Shown here one piece after another: positions 10,117 to 20,577 of a stretch of 64,000 nucleotides of DNA (positions are counted from its first letter, which is position 1; the number at the start of each line of letters is the position of its first letter). The stretch is from sequence record NC_024794.1. One strand, written 5' to 3'. The translations under genes and the position numbers were made by a program. The notes under the pieces were generated by a model. That model saw only the letters and a program-made list of their open reading frames with translations, did not search any database and was not told the DNA's origin. This DNA comes from Escherichia phage vB_EcoM_PhAPEC2.

Positions 10117-11631
10117 ATGACTGACATTAAAGTACATTTTTATGATTTTAGTCACGTGCGCATTGAATGCGACGAAAGTACGTTTTACGAACTTCGTGAC
10201 TTTTTTAGCTTTGAAGCTGACGGGTATAAATTTAACCCAAAATATCGCTATGGGAACTGGGATGGTAGAATTCGACTTTTAGATTACAACCGTTTGTTAC
10301 CATATGGACTTGTAGGACAAATAAAAAAGTTCTGTAACAATATGAGTTATTCCGTATGGATTGACCCTAAAATCTTTGAGACTGAAGACCTTACCAGGGA
10401 AGATTTTGACGCATGGCTTTCTAAACAAGAGATTTATTCAGGCAACTCCAAAATAGAACCACATTGGTATCAAAAAGATGCAGTATACGAAGGACTAGTT
10501 AATCGTCGTCGAATTTTAAACCTTCCGACATCAGCAGGTAAATCACTAATCCAAGCACTTTTAGCTCGGTATTATCTAGAGAACTATGAAGGTAAAATTC
10601 TCATTATCGTCCCTACAACAGCATTGACAACCCAGATGGCTAATGATTTTGTTGATTATCGCTTGTTTAGTCATTCGATGATTAAGAAAATTGGTGGTGG
10701 TGCTGATAAAGCTGACAAATCTAAAAACGACGCTCCAATTATTGTTGGCACATGGCAAACGGTAGTTAAGCAGCCTAAAGAATGGTTCTCTCAGTTCGGT
10801 ATGATGATGAACGATGAATGCCACTTAGCAACAGGCAAAAGTATTTCTTCAATCATCTCAGGATTAAATAATTGCATGTTTAAATTCGGTTTATCTGGCT
10901 CATTAAGAGACGGAAAAGCCAATGTAATGCAGTACGTAGGTATGTTCGGCGAAATCTTCCGTCCTGTTAGCACGTCTAAATTAATGGAAGACGGACAGGT
11001 AACTGAGCTTAAGATTAATAGTATTTTCCTTCGTTATCCAGACGAATTCACTGTTAAATTAAAAGGTAAAACATACCAAGAAGAAGTTAAAATTATTACC
11101 GGACTAAAACGACGTACAAAGTGGATTGCTCAACTTTCAGTCAAATTGGCTAAGAAAGACGAGAACGCCTTTGTAATGTTTAAACACGTTACACACGGTA
11201 AAGAAATATTTGAAGCTATTAAAGAGCTTGGATACGAAAAAGTTTATTACGTATCAGGTGAAGTTGATACTGAAACACGTAACGCGCTTAAAGTCATGGC
11301 AGAAAATGGTAAAGGCATTATTATTGTTGCATCATATGGAGTATTCTCTACTGGTATTTCAGTCAAGAATCTTCATCATGTTATTTTTGCCCATGGTGTT
11401 AAATCAAAAATTATCGTACTTCAAACCGTAGGTCGTGTGCTTCGTAAGCATGGTTCTAAAGCTGTTGCTACAGTTTGGGATCTAATCGATGACGCAGGTG
11501 TAAAACCTAAATCATTAAATACTAAAAAGAAGTATACTCATCTTAATTACTTGTTAAAACACGGTATTGATCGTATCCAACGTTACGCTGATGAGAAATT
11601 TAACTATGTAATGAAAACAATTAATTTATAA
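10117..11631 (+). CDS. uvsW: UvsW DNA/RNA helicase (SF2)
   Basis: 504 aa; Walker A-like PTSAGKS and DEAH-box-like NDECH motifs; late promoter at 10080. Confidence 0.9.
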   Translation: MTDIKVHFYDFSHVRIECDESTFYELRDFFSFEADGYKFNPKYRYGNWDGRIRLLDYNRLLPYGLVGQIKKFCNNMSYSVWIDPKIFETEDLTREDFDAWLSKQEIYSGNSKIEPHWYQKDAVYEGLVNRRRILNLPTSAGKSLIQALLARYYLENYEGKILIIVPTTALTTQMANDFVDYRLFSHSMIKKIGGGADKADKSKNDAPIIVGTWQTVVKQPKEWFSQFGMMMNDECHLATGKSISSIISGLNNCMFKFGLSGSLRDGKANVMQYVGMFGEIFRPVSTSKLMEDGQVTELKINSIFLRYPDEFTVKLKGKTYQEEVKIITGLKRRTKWIAQLSVKLAKKDENAFVMFKHVTHGKEIFEAIKELGYEKVYYVSGEVDTETRNALKVMAENGKGIIIVASYGVFSTGISVKNLHHVIFAHGVKSKIIVLQTVGRVLRKHGSKAVATVWDLIDDAGVKPKSLNTKKKYTHLNYLLKHGIDRIQRYADEKFNYVMKTINL

Positions 11632-11643
11632 GGGCTTCGGCCC
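11632..11643 (+). other. Intercistronic UUCG-tetraloop hairpin between uvsW and uvsW.1 (no U-tract)
   Basis: GGGC-TTCG-GCCC followed directly by SD AGGAG. Confidence 0.5.
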
Positions 11644-11656
11644 TTAGGAGATAAAA

Positions 11657-11890
11657 ATGGTACTTGAATTTAAACAATTTTTATACGAAGCATCTATTGA
11701 CGAATTCATGGGTAAAATTGCTAATTGTCATACCTTAGAAGGGCTTGAAGAATTGGAAGCTTATTACAAGAAACGTATAAAAGAAACGGAATTAAAAGAT
11801 ACAGATGATATTTCTGTCAGGGATGCCTTAGCAGGTAAGCGTGCCGAACTTGAAGGGGACGATGATGAGGATGAGGAAGAAGACTTCTAA
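11657..11890 (+). CDS. uvsW.1: UvsW.1 small acidic protein
   Basis: 77 aa ORF immediately after uvsW with acidic C-terminus; SD AGGAG upstream. Confidence 0.7.
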   Translation: MVLEFKQFLYEASIDEFMGKIANCHTLEGLEELEAYYKKRIKETELKDTDDISVRDALAGKRAELEGDDDEDEEEDF

Positions 11891-11949
11891 TTAAAAAAGG
11901 CCCGACCTTTTTGGAAGGGCCAAAAACCATAGGCAAAAAAAAGGTAACA

Positions 11950-12117
11950 CTATAGTAAAAGTTGGGTTTCGTTCAATTGCTCTTCTGAACTTTCTGAAAC
12001 CGGCAATTGTTGGACATAATTATAACAAGGACCAGGATGTGCTGGACCTTTGTCTGTTTCAACAACCAATGCAGAATCGATTGGAGTTTTACAGACAACA
12101 CAAATCTTATCTGACAT
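11950..12117 (-). CDS. Hypothetical small Cys-containing protein (55 aa)
   Basis: Hand-translated ORF MSDKICVVCKTPIDS...; below the 60-aa cutoff of the ORF track; convergent with uvsW.1. Confidence 0.3.
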   Translation of the reverse strand: MSDKICVVCKTPIDSALVVETDKGPAHPGPCYNYVQQLPVSESSEEQLNETQLLL

Positions 12118-12149
12118 GATTGCCTCCTAAGTTGAAATTACATATCTAT

Positions 12150-12374
12150 TTATACCACTCGCATGCACATATCGATACCCATATCTTTTGTATAAAAATA
12201 CTCGTCGATGTACCCGGCAAATTTTCCTTTAATATAAAGGACATCTTCACCACATGGGTGGTCGGCCAGGATACGAATATCCTGACGACGTAGACGATAC
12301 TTTTCCATTAAGAATTTAATTTCAGTTTCAAATTCTTCATCATTATTAAAGGCATCTTCAATTGAGTACCGCAT
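12150..12374 (-). CDS. Hypothetical protein (74 aa), uvsY-adjacent
   Basis: ORF overlapping uvsY stop by 1 nt. Confidence 0.5.
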   Translation of the reverse strand: MRYSIEDAFNNDEEFETEIKFLMEKYRLRRQDIRILADHPCGEDVLYIKGKFAGYIDEYFYTKDMGIDMCMRVV

Positions 12375-12787
12375 TATTGCCCCGCTTCAAATTCACGCAT
12401 ATCCTGGATATGTTTAAGTGCAAAACTACGAGACTTAACTGCGTCAAGTGCACCACTACAGAACTCAAGTAAAATTCCCCAGTATTGTAAAGTAGTCTCT
12501 ATTTTAAGCACATCTTTATCTGCAGCCAGGACAGTTTTCATTTCAGATTTCTCGTATCGGTCCATACTGAATTCATCACCATCACCTCGTCCCGAGTAGT
12601 AGTCTAATCTTGCTTTTAGAGCAGTTTTCTTCTGAGTCTCTATACGCAACATTTCTTTACGAATAAATGAATGCTTACGTAGCCATTTGCTGTATAACTT
12701 AACATTATTCGCCGTCTCATATTGCAACTTTGTCGTATCAATAGCTAAGTCTGCGTCTAACTCTTCCTGTAAATCTTCCAGCTTCAT
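12374..12787 (-). CDS. uvsY: Recombination mediator UvsY
   Basis: Start placed at internal Met (MKLEDLQEEL...) giving 137 aa, same as T4 UvsY; the ORF track gives a longer 164-aa frame. Confidence 0.85.
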   Translation of the reverse strand: MKLEDLQEELDADLAIDTTKLQYETANNVKLYSKWLRKHSFIRKEMLRIETQKKTALKARLDYYSGRGDGDEFSMDRYEKSEMKTVLAADKDVLKIETTLQYWGILLEFCSGALDAVKSRSFALKHIQDMREFEAGQ

Positions 12788-12867
12788 AATATTCTCTCTT
12801 TTAACTAATAATCTCCCGGCTGTATCGGAAGGACCTAAAACCATTATACACAGGTTGCCTTGAAGCA

Positions 12868-13266
12868 TTACACTCTATTGCTTGACGCTAACTGAAGTTT
12901 AATTTGTTCAATATCGTCAGGGTTGTCTACGACCGAAAATCTAATCTCTACTATAACCGTATAGTCGTCATATACTGGCGTTACACTTACAGAAAGTTTG
13001 TCGATGCGCGGCTCATAGTTACGGACGGCTGCTTGGATATTACGCTCAATCGTATCGGCTGTAAGCGGTGTCATGTTCTCGAAAAGTTCATCAACCAAAT
13101 CGCATCCAAATTCAGGGTCGAAGGGGCGTGAGCCTTTTCTAGTTGTCACTATGCCAAGAAGACTATTTTTAATAGAACGAAGTCCTACAGAACGAGCAAC
13201 GTCCTTGTTCCAATCCATACGCATTTCTGGGTCGATATCTGAATAAAGTTTATTGATATTAGACAT
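12868..13266 (-). CDS. 25: Baseplate wedge subunit gp25
   Basis: 132 aa, same length as T4 gp25; sequence matches as recalled. Confidence 0.9.
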   Translation of the reverse strand: MSNINKLYSDIDPEMRMDWNKDVARSVGLRSIKNSLLGIVTTRKGSRPFDPEFGCDLVDELFENMTPLTADTIERNIQAAVRNYEPRIDKLSVSVTPVYDDYTVIVEIRFSVVDNPDDIEQIKLQLASSNRV

Positions 13267-13892
13267 TATAGTAACTCAAAGAATTCTTTGAGGCCTCGTA
13301 TTGTGTGAACGTGTGACGCCCCGCATTTGGGACATTTAATAGGGGTTGCCAGATAAATTGATGGCGATACCAAAAGATTTTTAATATTGATCATGTCATC
13401 TTCTGTTATAAGGCCGTAAAGGTCATTTATTTCTGCTTCAGTTAAATCTTCAACAGGGATGGACTCTCCATTGACAAAAACAGCCTCAATACATGAAGCA
13501 ATCATTAATGCGATATTTTTATCATCGAATAATTTAGGTTGACGGAACTTAATTTTAATACCGCTGAACGAATACCAGGGATCGGCCTGTTCATCCAATT
13601 GAGTGTGCAATAAATTCATATAGACTTGAAATGAATGCCCACAGGAACAATTCCAGGTGTGTTCTTGATTCACTTCACCTAACGAATGTGCCCACAGATT
13701 TACCAACAATAGCTCGGCTTCTTGTTTAGTCAAGTTTTTAGCATTAGAGCAATTAGTGATAATATTGTTCACTGCTGATTCAATAGTACCGGTAGCCCGC
13801 GCACCTATGAGTCCTAAATATTCTTTTAAAGTAAAGGCTCTACAATTCACTTCTTTATCGCCTAAACGTACGGTAAACGTATATTTGTACAT
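13266..13892 (-). CDS. 26: Baseplate hub subunit gp26
   Basis: 208 aa; synteny 26-25; divergent late promoter shared with gene 51. Confidence 0.85.
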   Translation of the reverse strand: MYKYTFTVRLGDKEVNCRAFTLKEYLGLIGARATGTIESAVNNIITNCSNAKNLTKQEAELLLVNLWAHSLGEVNQEHTWNCSCGHSFQVYMNLLHTQLDEQADPWYSFSGIKIKFRQPKLFDDKNIALMIASCIEAVFVNGESIPVEDLTEAEINDLYGLITEDDMINIKNLLVSPSIYLATPIKCPKCGASHVHTIRGLKEFFELL

Positions 13893-13910
13893 GTTAACTC
13901 CTTTATTGTG

Positions 13911-13922
13911 TATTTATAAATA
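13911..13922. promoter_or_regulatory. Divergent overlapping late promoters (palindrome TATTTATAAATA) for genes 26-25 and gene 51
   Basis: The 12-bp palindrome contains TATAAATA on both strands, between divergent late genes 26 and 51. Confidence 0.65.
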
Positions 13923-13939
13923 ATAGAAAAGGAGTAATT

Positions 13940-14692
13940 ATGGCTAATATAATTCGTTGTAAATTACCGGATGGTGTTCATCGTTTCAAGCCGTTCACCG
14001 TGGCGGATTATAGAGACTTTTTACTAGTTAGAAATGATATCGAACATCGTTCGCCGCAAGAACAAAAAGAAATAATTGCCGATCTGATTGATGATTATTT
14101 TGGCGAGTACCCTAAAACATGGCAACCATTTATATTCCTGCAAGTTTTTGCAGGCTCTATAGGCAAAACAAAAGTTCCCGTTATTTTCACTTGCCCTAAA
14201 TGCTCTAAAGAAAAAACTGCACCATTTGAGATATATCAAAAAGAACTAGTCGAACCTGAACTTGATGTTGCTGGTATAAAAATACGTTTTTCTTTCCCTG
14301 AAAAGTTTTATGACAATAAAGCATTAATGATAAGTGAAAACATAAAAGAAATATATTATAATGATGAATGGTACCCATGGAATGATTTGACTGAAGAGAA
14401 CCAAATCCAAGTAATAGAAGCAATAGACATTGACTCGCTCGAGAAGGTTATTGCTTCTATGAACCCTATTAATTTGACCCTTAGATTAGGTTGTTGTGAA
14501 CGTCATGTTAAAACATATACTGATATCTTAGAGGTTTTTAAATTGTTAGTTAACCCTGATGAGATTTTTACATTCTATCAGATAAACCATTCACTAGTAA
14601 AGAGTCAATACACATTGGATTCTATTATGCAAATGATTCCTGTTGAACGTGGTATTGCTTTAACATTAGTAGAAAAGGACCATAAAAAATGA
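13940..14692 (+). CDS. 51: Baseplate hub assembly catalyst gp51
   Basis: 250 aa; CPKC...CCERH Cys motifs; late promoter at 13915; SD AAGGAG. Confidence 0.85.
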   Translation: MANIIRCKLPDGVHRFKPFTVADYRDFLLVRNDIEHRSPQEQKEIIADLIDDYFGEYPKTWQPFIFLQVFAGSIGKTKVPVIFTCPKCSKEKTAPFEIYQKELVEPELDVAGIKIRFSFPEKFYDNKALMISENIKEIYYNDEWYPWNDLTEENQIQVIEAIDIDSLEKVIASMNPINLTLRLGCCERHVKTYTDILEVFKLLVNPDEIFTFYQINHSLVKSQYTLDSIMQMIPVERGIALTLVEKDHKK

Positions 14693-15861
14693 CAGTATTC
14701 CAACGTCCAGGATATCCTAACTTAAGCGTTAAATTATACCAAGATTATTCGGCTTGGCAAGAAAATAGATACGTTGAACTCGCAGCAACAATAACAACTT
14801 TAACCATGCGAGATTCGCTATACGGAAGAAATGAAGGGATTCTTCAATTTTATGACACTAAAAACATCCACACTAAAATGGATGGTAGACAGATAGTCCA
14901 AATCTCTGTTTCAAATTCAAACACACCTCTCCAAGTTAGAACTCGAATTTACGGATGCAGACATTATTCTGTGTCTGTGGACTCAAAAGGTGACAATATT
15001 ATTGCAATTGAGCTTGGAACAATACATTCTATAGAGAACCTTAAATTTGGGCGACCATTCTTCCCAGACGCAGGAGAATCTATACGTGAAATGTTAGGTG
15101 TCATATATAAAGACCGTACATTAATTACTCCGCCAATAAACACTATTAATGCTTATGTTCCTGATATTCCTTGGACAAGCACATTTGATGATTATTTGGC
15201 ATATGTCAGAGAATTAGGACTTGCTACAGCGAGTGATAAGTTCGTATTCGTATGGCAAGATATTTTAGGCGTAAACATGATTGACTACGATACTCTTATT
15301 GGTCAGGAAGGCATTAAGATGATTGTAGGCGAGCCAAATACCGTAGGTCAGTATATTCAAGAGCTTGAGTATCCATTGGTATGGGATTTCACCTGGATGA
15401 CTAAAGCTAACCAATTTACAAGAGACCCTATTAAAAACGCCACGATATTCGCCCATTCATTTTTAGATACATCTATTCCGGTTATTGTTACAGGTGATGG
15501 TGATAACGCTATTGTTGTGTCAAGATCCGGTGGATATTCCGAAATGACCTATCGTAATGGATTTGAAGAAGCAAGTCGTCTTCAGACAATGGCTCAATAT
15601 GACGGATATGCTAAATGCACTACTACAGGTAATTTTAACATAACGCCTGCTACTAAAATTATATTTGTTGACCAAAAGAACCAATTCAAATCTGAATTTT
15701 ACGTAGATGAAGTTATTCATGAGTTATCAAATAACAACTCACAAACTCATCTATACATGTTTACCAACTCAATGGTGTTAGAACCTGTTAACCCAGTTAA
15801 GGTTAAAAATGAACTTAAATCTGATTCTACCTCTAAAGAAAATAATTCTACCACAGTCTAA
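14689..15861 (+). CDS. 27: Baseplate hub subunit gp27
   Basis: 390 aa (T4 gp27 391 aa); start overlaps gp51 stop. Confidence 0.9.
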   Translation: MTVFQRPGYPNLSVKLYQDYSAWQENRYVELAATITTLTMRDSLYGRNEGILQFYDTKNIHTKMDGRQIVQISVSNSNTPLQVRTRIYGCRHYSVSVDSKGDNIIAIELGTIHSIENLKFGRPFFPDAGESIREMLGVIYKDRTLITPPINTINAYVPDIPWTSTFDDYLAYVRELGLATASDKFVFVWQDILGVNMIDYDTLIGQEGIKMIVGEPNTVGQYIQELEYPLVWDFTWMTKANQFTRDPIKNATIFAHSFLDTSIPVIVTGDGDNAIVVSRSGGYSEMTYRNGFEEASRLQTMAQYDGYAKCTTTGNFNITPATKIIFVDQKNQFKSEFYVDEVIHELSNNNSQTHLYMFTNSMVLEPVNPVKVKNELKSDSTSKENNSTTV

Positions 15862-16342
15862 TAAAAAGGTAATGATTCCCAAATTAGGGCTCAAACATTA
15901 CAATCTTTTAAAGGACGTTAAAGGTCCTGATGAAAACATGAAAATCTTAGCTGATTCTATTTGTAAAAATATGAGTCCAGCAGATTTTGATTTTGCATGT
16001 CTACACATATTGGAATTTAATAACAAACTTAAGTCTGAAGTTGAAAAAGATGGATTCACTTATAAACTAGATGACGTCTATGTATGCCAACGAACAGAAT
16101 TCCAATTTCAAGGTAATACTTTTTATTTTAGACCCCCAGGCAAATTTGAACAATTCGCTACAATCAGTGAAATGCTATCAAATTGCTTAATAAAAGTTAA
16201 TGACGAAGAGAAAGAAATTTCTTTCCTTGAGATGCCTGCTTTTGTAATCAAATGGGCAGAAGACCTTTCGACAACTATTGCTATTCCAGGCCCTAATGGC
16301 CCTATTAAGGGTATAGCAGAAATTATTGGATTGCTTGAATGA
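15809..16342 (+). CDS. 28: Baseplate hub distal subunit gp28
   Basis: 177 aa, same as T4 gp28; start as given overlaps gp27 by 53 nt, so the true start could be an internal Met. Confidence 0.75.
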   Translation: MNLNLILPLKKIILPQSNKKVMIPKLGLKHYNLLKDVKGPDENMKILADSICKNMSPADFDFACLHILEFNNKLKSEVEKDGFTYKLDDVYVCQRTEFQFQGNTFYFRPPGKFEQFATISEMLSNCLIKVNDEEKEISFLEMPAFVIKWAEDLSTTIAIPGPNGPIKGIAEIIGLLE

Positions 16343-18111
16343 AACCTGAAGAAATGAAATCCATGCGTAGAAATAAGGTCATTGCCGATAATAAACCACA
16401 AAAAGTAGCTGCAACAGCAGCTACCGATTCATTAGAAGCATTGAATAACATTTCATCAAAACTAGACGATGTCCAAGCCGCGTCTGAACTCACATCACAA
16501 AGTGTAGAAGATAAAGGCAATGGAATTATTGAATCAATTGGAGACTTAAAGAATTCGACAGATAATACTGCTGAAGGCACAGAGCTTATCGCAGAAGTTA
16601 TTGAAAAACAAACTGAAGTCACTAAAAGTATAAACGAAGTTTCTAGTGCAATAAGCTCTAAGTTAGACAGATTAGCTACATTATTAGAGCAAAAATTACA
16701 AACATCTACCGCTATTCAAAATACAGGAGGCACCTCTCTTGAAGTAATTGAGAACGCGATACCTGTTAAAGTGGTTGAGAACGAAACTTCTGATGAGTTG
16801 TTTAAAGCATTACCTACACCTGAAAAGATTGATAATAAGCCAGACGAAGATTTCTTCCCGGTCCCGGTTCAAGAAAGTGCTAATTCTACTTCCGATTCTA
16901 AAGGCGGAATTAGCTTTAAATTGAGCGATAAAATTGCAATGCTCACCAAAACAGTTCAAACCGGGTTTAATAAATCAATATCAATTTCAGACAGAATTGC
17001 TGGAATGCTTTTCAAATACACTATAACGGCTGCTATTGAAGCAGCAAAAATGGCCGCACTTATTCTTGGTATTGTTATCGGTATTGATTTATTGATAGTC
17101 CATTTCAAATATTGGACAGACAAGTTCACTTCTGCCTGGGATTTATTTGATGAAAACTTTACTAAATTCTCCGACGAAGCTAAAGAGTGGGGTAAATTCT
17201 TAAGTGATATATTCACTTCTATTGACTCGATAAAACAATTGTGGGAAGCTGGAGACTGGGGTGGTTTAACCGTTGCTATTGTCAAAGGTGTAGGAACAGC
17301 ATTAATGAACTTAGGTGAACTAATTCAATTAGGAATGGCTAAACTCTCCGCGTCTATATTGCGTGCTATAGGTTTTGGTGATACCGCGGACGAAATAGAA
17401 GGACGTGCTTTGGAAGGATTCCAAGAAACTACTGGGAACAAATTAAAGAAAGAAGACCAAGAGAAAGTCGCTAAATATCAAATGAAGCGTGACGATGGGG
17501 AATTAGGAACCGTTTCTAAAGGTCTTGATATGTTACAGCGCGGCAAAACATTCGTTACTAACTGGGTTCGTGGTAATGACAATAAAGAAGAGTTTAGTAC
17601 AAGCGATGAGCGTGCTGCGGAATCAGCAAAATTAAAAGAGTTACCTGAAGAGGAGCGTAAAGAAGCGTATATAAAAGCTAATGAAACTCGTGCGGCACTT
17701 GTTAGATTTGAGGATTATATCGATAAAATCGATATGACTAATCCGGAAAATGCTAAAAACGTCGAGAAGTCTTATGCTGATTTAAGTAAACTTATTAAAG
17801 ACCCTGAACTTAATAAAACTCCTGTTGTTAAAAAGGAATTAGATGCTAGATTTGAAAAGCTAAATAATAAAATGGCTGAAGCCAAAAAGGCTCAGACAAC
17901 AGTTAAGCCTGAATCTTCGTCTAAATCTCCGGAAGCAAAACAAGTTCAGTCAATAGAGAAAGGACGTGCTTCTGAATCTAAACAACAGCAACCGGTAGCG
18001 GCGATTAGTAACACAAATAATGTCGTCAAAAAGAATACCGTAGTCCAGAATATGACCCCTGTAACAAGTACAACGGCTCCTGGAATTTTCCATGCCACCG
18101 GTGTTAATTAA
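16339..18111 (+). CDS. 29: Baseplate hub subunit / tail length determinator gp29
   Basis: 590 aa, same as T4 gp29; overlaps gp28 stop. Confidence 0.85.
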   Translation: MKPEEMKSMRRNKVIADNKPQKVAATAATDSLEALNNISSKLDDVQAASELTSQSVEDKGNGIIESIGDLKNSTDNTAEGTELIAEVIEKQTEVTKSINEVSSAISSKLDRLATLLEQKLQTSTAIQNTGGTSLEVIENAIPVKVVENETSDELFKALPTPEKIDNKPDEDFFPVPVQESANSTSDSKGGISFKLSDKIAMLTKTVQTGFNKSISISDRIAGMLFKYTITAAIEAAKMAALILGIVIGIDLLIVHFKYWTDKFTSAWDLFDENFTKFSDEAKEWGKFLSDIFTSIDSIKQLWEAGDWGGLTVAIVKGVGTALMNLGELIQLGMAKLSASILRAIGFGDTADEIEGRALEGFQETTGNKLKKEDQEKVAKYQMKRDDGELGTVSKGLDMLQRGKTFVTNWVRGNDNKEEFSTSDERAAESAKLKELPEEERKEAYIKANETRAALVRFEDYIDKIDMTNPENAKNVEKSYADLSKLIKDPELNKTPVVKKELDARFEKLNNKMAEAKKAQTTVKPESSSKSPEAKQVQSIEKGRASESKQQQPVAAISNTNNVVKKNTVVQNMTPVTSTTAPGIFHATGVN

Positions 18112-18119
18112 GGATTATT

Positions 18120-19229
18120 ATGATTAGTGTAAAAGAAATAGTAGTAGATGCAAAGGATTTAAATAAAGCAATCCCAGTCTCAGAAAGTGCTGGGCAAAGC
18201 ACTAAAACCGAAACAACTACTAAAACTTATGTTGCTCAATTTCCTACAGGAAGAGCAGCCGGAAATGACTCCACAGGAGACTTCCAGGTAACAGACCTTT
18301 ATAAGAATGGATTATTATTTACCGCGTACAATATGTCTGCACGCGATTCAGGATCCCTCAGGAATTTACGTCCAGCATACGCCGGGACTTCATCTAACGG
18401 TATCATATCAGATTTAACTGATAATGTGAAAGATGCAGTGACTAAATTCTCAAACGGATTGCTTCCTGCTGGAGCTAATAAATCTACCATAAATAAAACT
18501 CCTGTTGCTAATATACTTTTGCCGCGTTCCAAATCTGACGTTGATACAACTTCACATCGTTTTAATGATATCGGTGATAGTCTTATTACTAAAGGTGGAG
18601 GTACTGCTACGGGTGTTTTAAGTAACATTGCTTCTACTGCAGTTTTTGGTGCATTAGATTCTATTACCCAAGGGCTTATGGCTGATAATAACGAACAGAT
18701 TTATACGACTTCTCGTAGTATGTATGGTGGTGCCGAGAACCGTACTAAAGTCTTTACATGGGATTTAACTCCACGTTCAACTGAAGACCTTATGGCTATT
18801 ATAAACATTTACCAGTATTTTAACTATTTCTCATATGGTGAGACCGGTAAATCACAGTACGCCCAAGAGATTAAAAGTTATTTAGACGAATGGTACCGTT
18901 CAACGTTTATTGAGCCTATGACACCAGACGATGCTGTAAAAAATAAGACATTGTTTGAAAAGATTACTGCGTCGTTAACAAACGTATTAGTTGTAAGCAA
19001 CCCTACGATTTGGATGGTTAAAAACTTTGGACACACATCTAAATTTGACGGGTTAACTGATGTATTTGGCCCATGTCAAATTCAAAGCGTACGTTTTGAT
19101 AAAACTCCAAATGGACAATTTAATGGTCTCGCTGTTGCTCCTAACTTACCGTCAACATTTACGTTAGAGATAACAATGCGAGAAATTATTACATTAAACC
19201 GTTCTTCACTTTATGCGGGGACTTTCTAA
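18120..19229 (+). CDS. 48: Baseplate tail tube cap gp48
   Basis: 369 aa; synteny 29-48-54. Confidence 0.85.
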   Translation: MISVKEIVVDAKDLNKAIPVSESAGQSTKTETTTKTYVAQFPTGRAAGNDSTGDFQVTDLYKNGLLFTAYNMSARDSGSLRNLRPAYAGTSSNGIISDLTDNVKDAVTKFSNGLLPAGANKSTINKTPVANILLPRSKSDVDTTSHRFNDIGDSLITKGGGTATGVLSNIASTAVFGALDSITQGLMADNNEQIYTTSRSMYGGAENRTKVFTWDLTPRSTEDLMAIINIYQYFNYFSYGETGKSQYAQEIKSYLDEWYRSTFIEPMTPDDAVKNKTLFEKITASLTNVLVVSNPTIWMVKNFGHTSKFDGLTDVFGPCQIQSVRFDKTPNGQFNGLAVAPNLPSTFTLEITMREIITLNRSSLYAGTF

Positions 19230-20191
19230 TGTACTCTTTAGAAGAATTTAATAACCAAGCTATAAATGCAGATTTCCAACGAAACAATATGTTTAGTTGT
19301 GTATTTGCTACTACACCATCAACCAAATCGTCTTCACTAATTTCGTCAATTGGTAGTTTTGCTTATAATAACTTAGGGTTGGATTCTGATTGGCTAGGAT
19401 TGACTCAAGGTGATATCAATCAGGGCGTAACAACCCTGATTACAGCAGGAACACAGAAATTAATTCGAAAATCAGGTATAAGTAAATATCTGATTGGAGC
19501 AATGAGTCAACGTACGGTACAAAGCTTGTTAGGTGAGTTCACAGTAGGAGCTTATCTGATAGACTTCTTCAATATGGCATATAATAATACAGGTTTAATG
19601 ATTTATTCTGTAAAAATGCCTGAGAACCGATTATCTTATGAAACGGATTTCAACTATAACTCACCGAACATCCGAATTACCGGTCGTGAAATGGACCCGT
19701 TAGTAATAAGCTTTAGAATGGATTCTGAAGCATCTAACTTTAGAGCAATGCAAGACTGGGTAAACTCAGTCCAAGACCCTGTAACAGGTCTTCGTGCTTT
19801 ACCACAAGACGTCGAAGCAGATATTCAGGTTAATTTACATGCACGAAATGGTTTACCACATACCGCTGTCATGTTCACCGGATGTATTCCTGTTAGTGTC
19901 TCTTCTCCTGAGTTAACGTATGATGGTGATAATCAGATAACAGTTTTTGATGTAACATTTGCTTATCGCGTTATGCAATCAGGTGCTGTAAATAGACAGG
20001 CTGCTTTAGAATGGCTGGAATCAGGACTTATTAGTAGTGTTTCAGGAATGTTTGGAAATAATCAGAATGATTCTGGACTAGGAAGTGCAGTATCAAGACT
20101 TTCTAGATTAGGTGGGACTGCTGGTGGTGTGTCTAATATAAACACATTGACAGGTGTGGTGAATTCTGCGTCAAGAGTTTTAGGACTATAA
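19229..20191 (+). CDS. 54: Baseplate tail tube initiator gp54
   Basis: 320 aa, same as T4 gp54; bidirectional hairpin terminator downstream. Confidence 0.85.
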   Translation: MYSLEEFNNQAINADFQRNNMFSCVFATTPSTKSSSLISSIGSFAYNNLGLDSDWLGLTQGDINQGVTTLITAGTQKLIRKSGISKYLIGAMSQRTVQSLLGEFTVGAYLIDFFNMAYNNTGLMIYSVKMPENRLSYETDFNYNSPNIRITGREMDPLVISFRMDSEASNFRAMQDWVNSVQDPVTGLRALPQDVEADIQVNLHARNGLPHTAVMFTGCIPVSVSSPELTYDGDNQITVFDVTFAYRVMQSGAVNRQAALEWLESGLISSVSGMFGNNQNDSGLGSAVSRLSRLGGTAGGVSNINTLTGVVNSASRVLGL

Positions 20192-20192
20192 G

Positions 20193-20218
20193 AAAAAAGG
20201 GAGACGTTGTCTCCCTTT
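20193..20218. terminator. Bidirectional terminator between gene 54 and convergent minus-strand ORF
   Basis: AAAAAA, GGGAGAC-GTT-GTCTCCC, TTT. Confidence 0.65.
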
Positions 20219-20224
20219 AGGGGT

Positions 20225-20518
20225 TTATTTACGGAATGAAAGGAATGCTGGTGCTCTGAATGGAGTATCATCTTTAGAGTATTTAACTAATACGACCATT
20301 GGTACCTCTGTTTCTAAATGACCTGTCAATACACCGATAAAAATTTGATCAGTGTGCTCAGGGTCACGAAAGTTTTTAAGAGGTTCCATAGCAATATGGA
20401 ATGCACCTGGGAATACTCGATTCAATTCGTCAATCACAGCTTCGTTAAAAGCATCATCCGCTGGGATAACATCTTCAACTACTAGTTCTTGACCATTAAA
20501 GCGAAGCATAGATTTCAT
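20225..20518 (-). CDS. Hypothetical protein (97 aa), alt-downstream ORF
   Basis: Start moved to internal Met with GAGGAAA SD 5 nt upstream; early-type promoter lies within the 3-prime end of alt. Confidence 0.45.
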   Translation of the reverse strand: MKSMLRFNGQELVVEDVIPADDAFNEAVIDELNRVFPGAFHIAMEPLKNFRDPEHTDQIFIGVLTGHLETEVPMVVLVKYSKDDTPFRAPAFLSFRK

Positions 20519-20547
20519 AACGTTTTCCTCATGTTGTTGATGGGATG

Positions 20548-20577
20548 ATAGTATCACACATCCATGTGTTTGTAAAC
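20548..20577 (-). promoter_or_regulatory. Early sigma70-type promoter within the 3-prime end of alt
   Basis: Minus strand GTTTAC / 18 nt / TGaTACTAT, upstream of ORF 20225..20518. Confidence 0.45.

Noticed and set aside
16123-17285. Antisense ORFs within genes 28 and 29 (16123..16401, 16323..16622, 16956..17285)
   Set aside because: Embedded antisense to well-supported baseplate genes; no expression signals.
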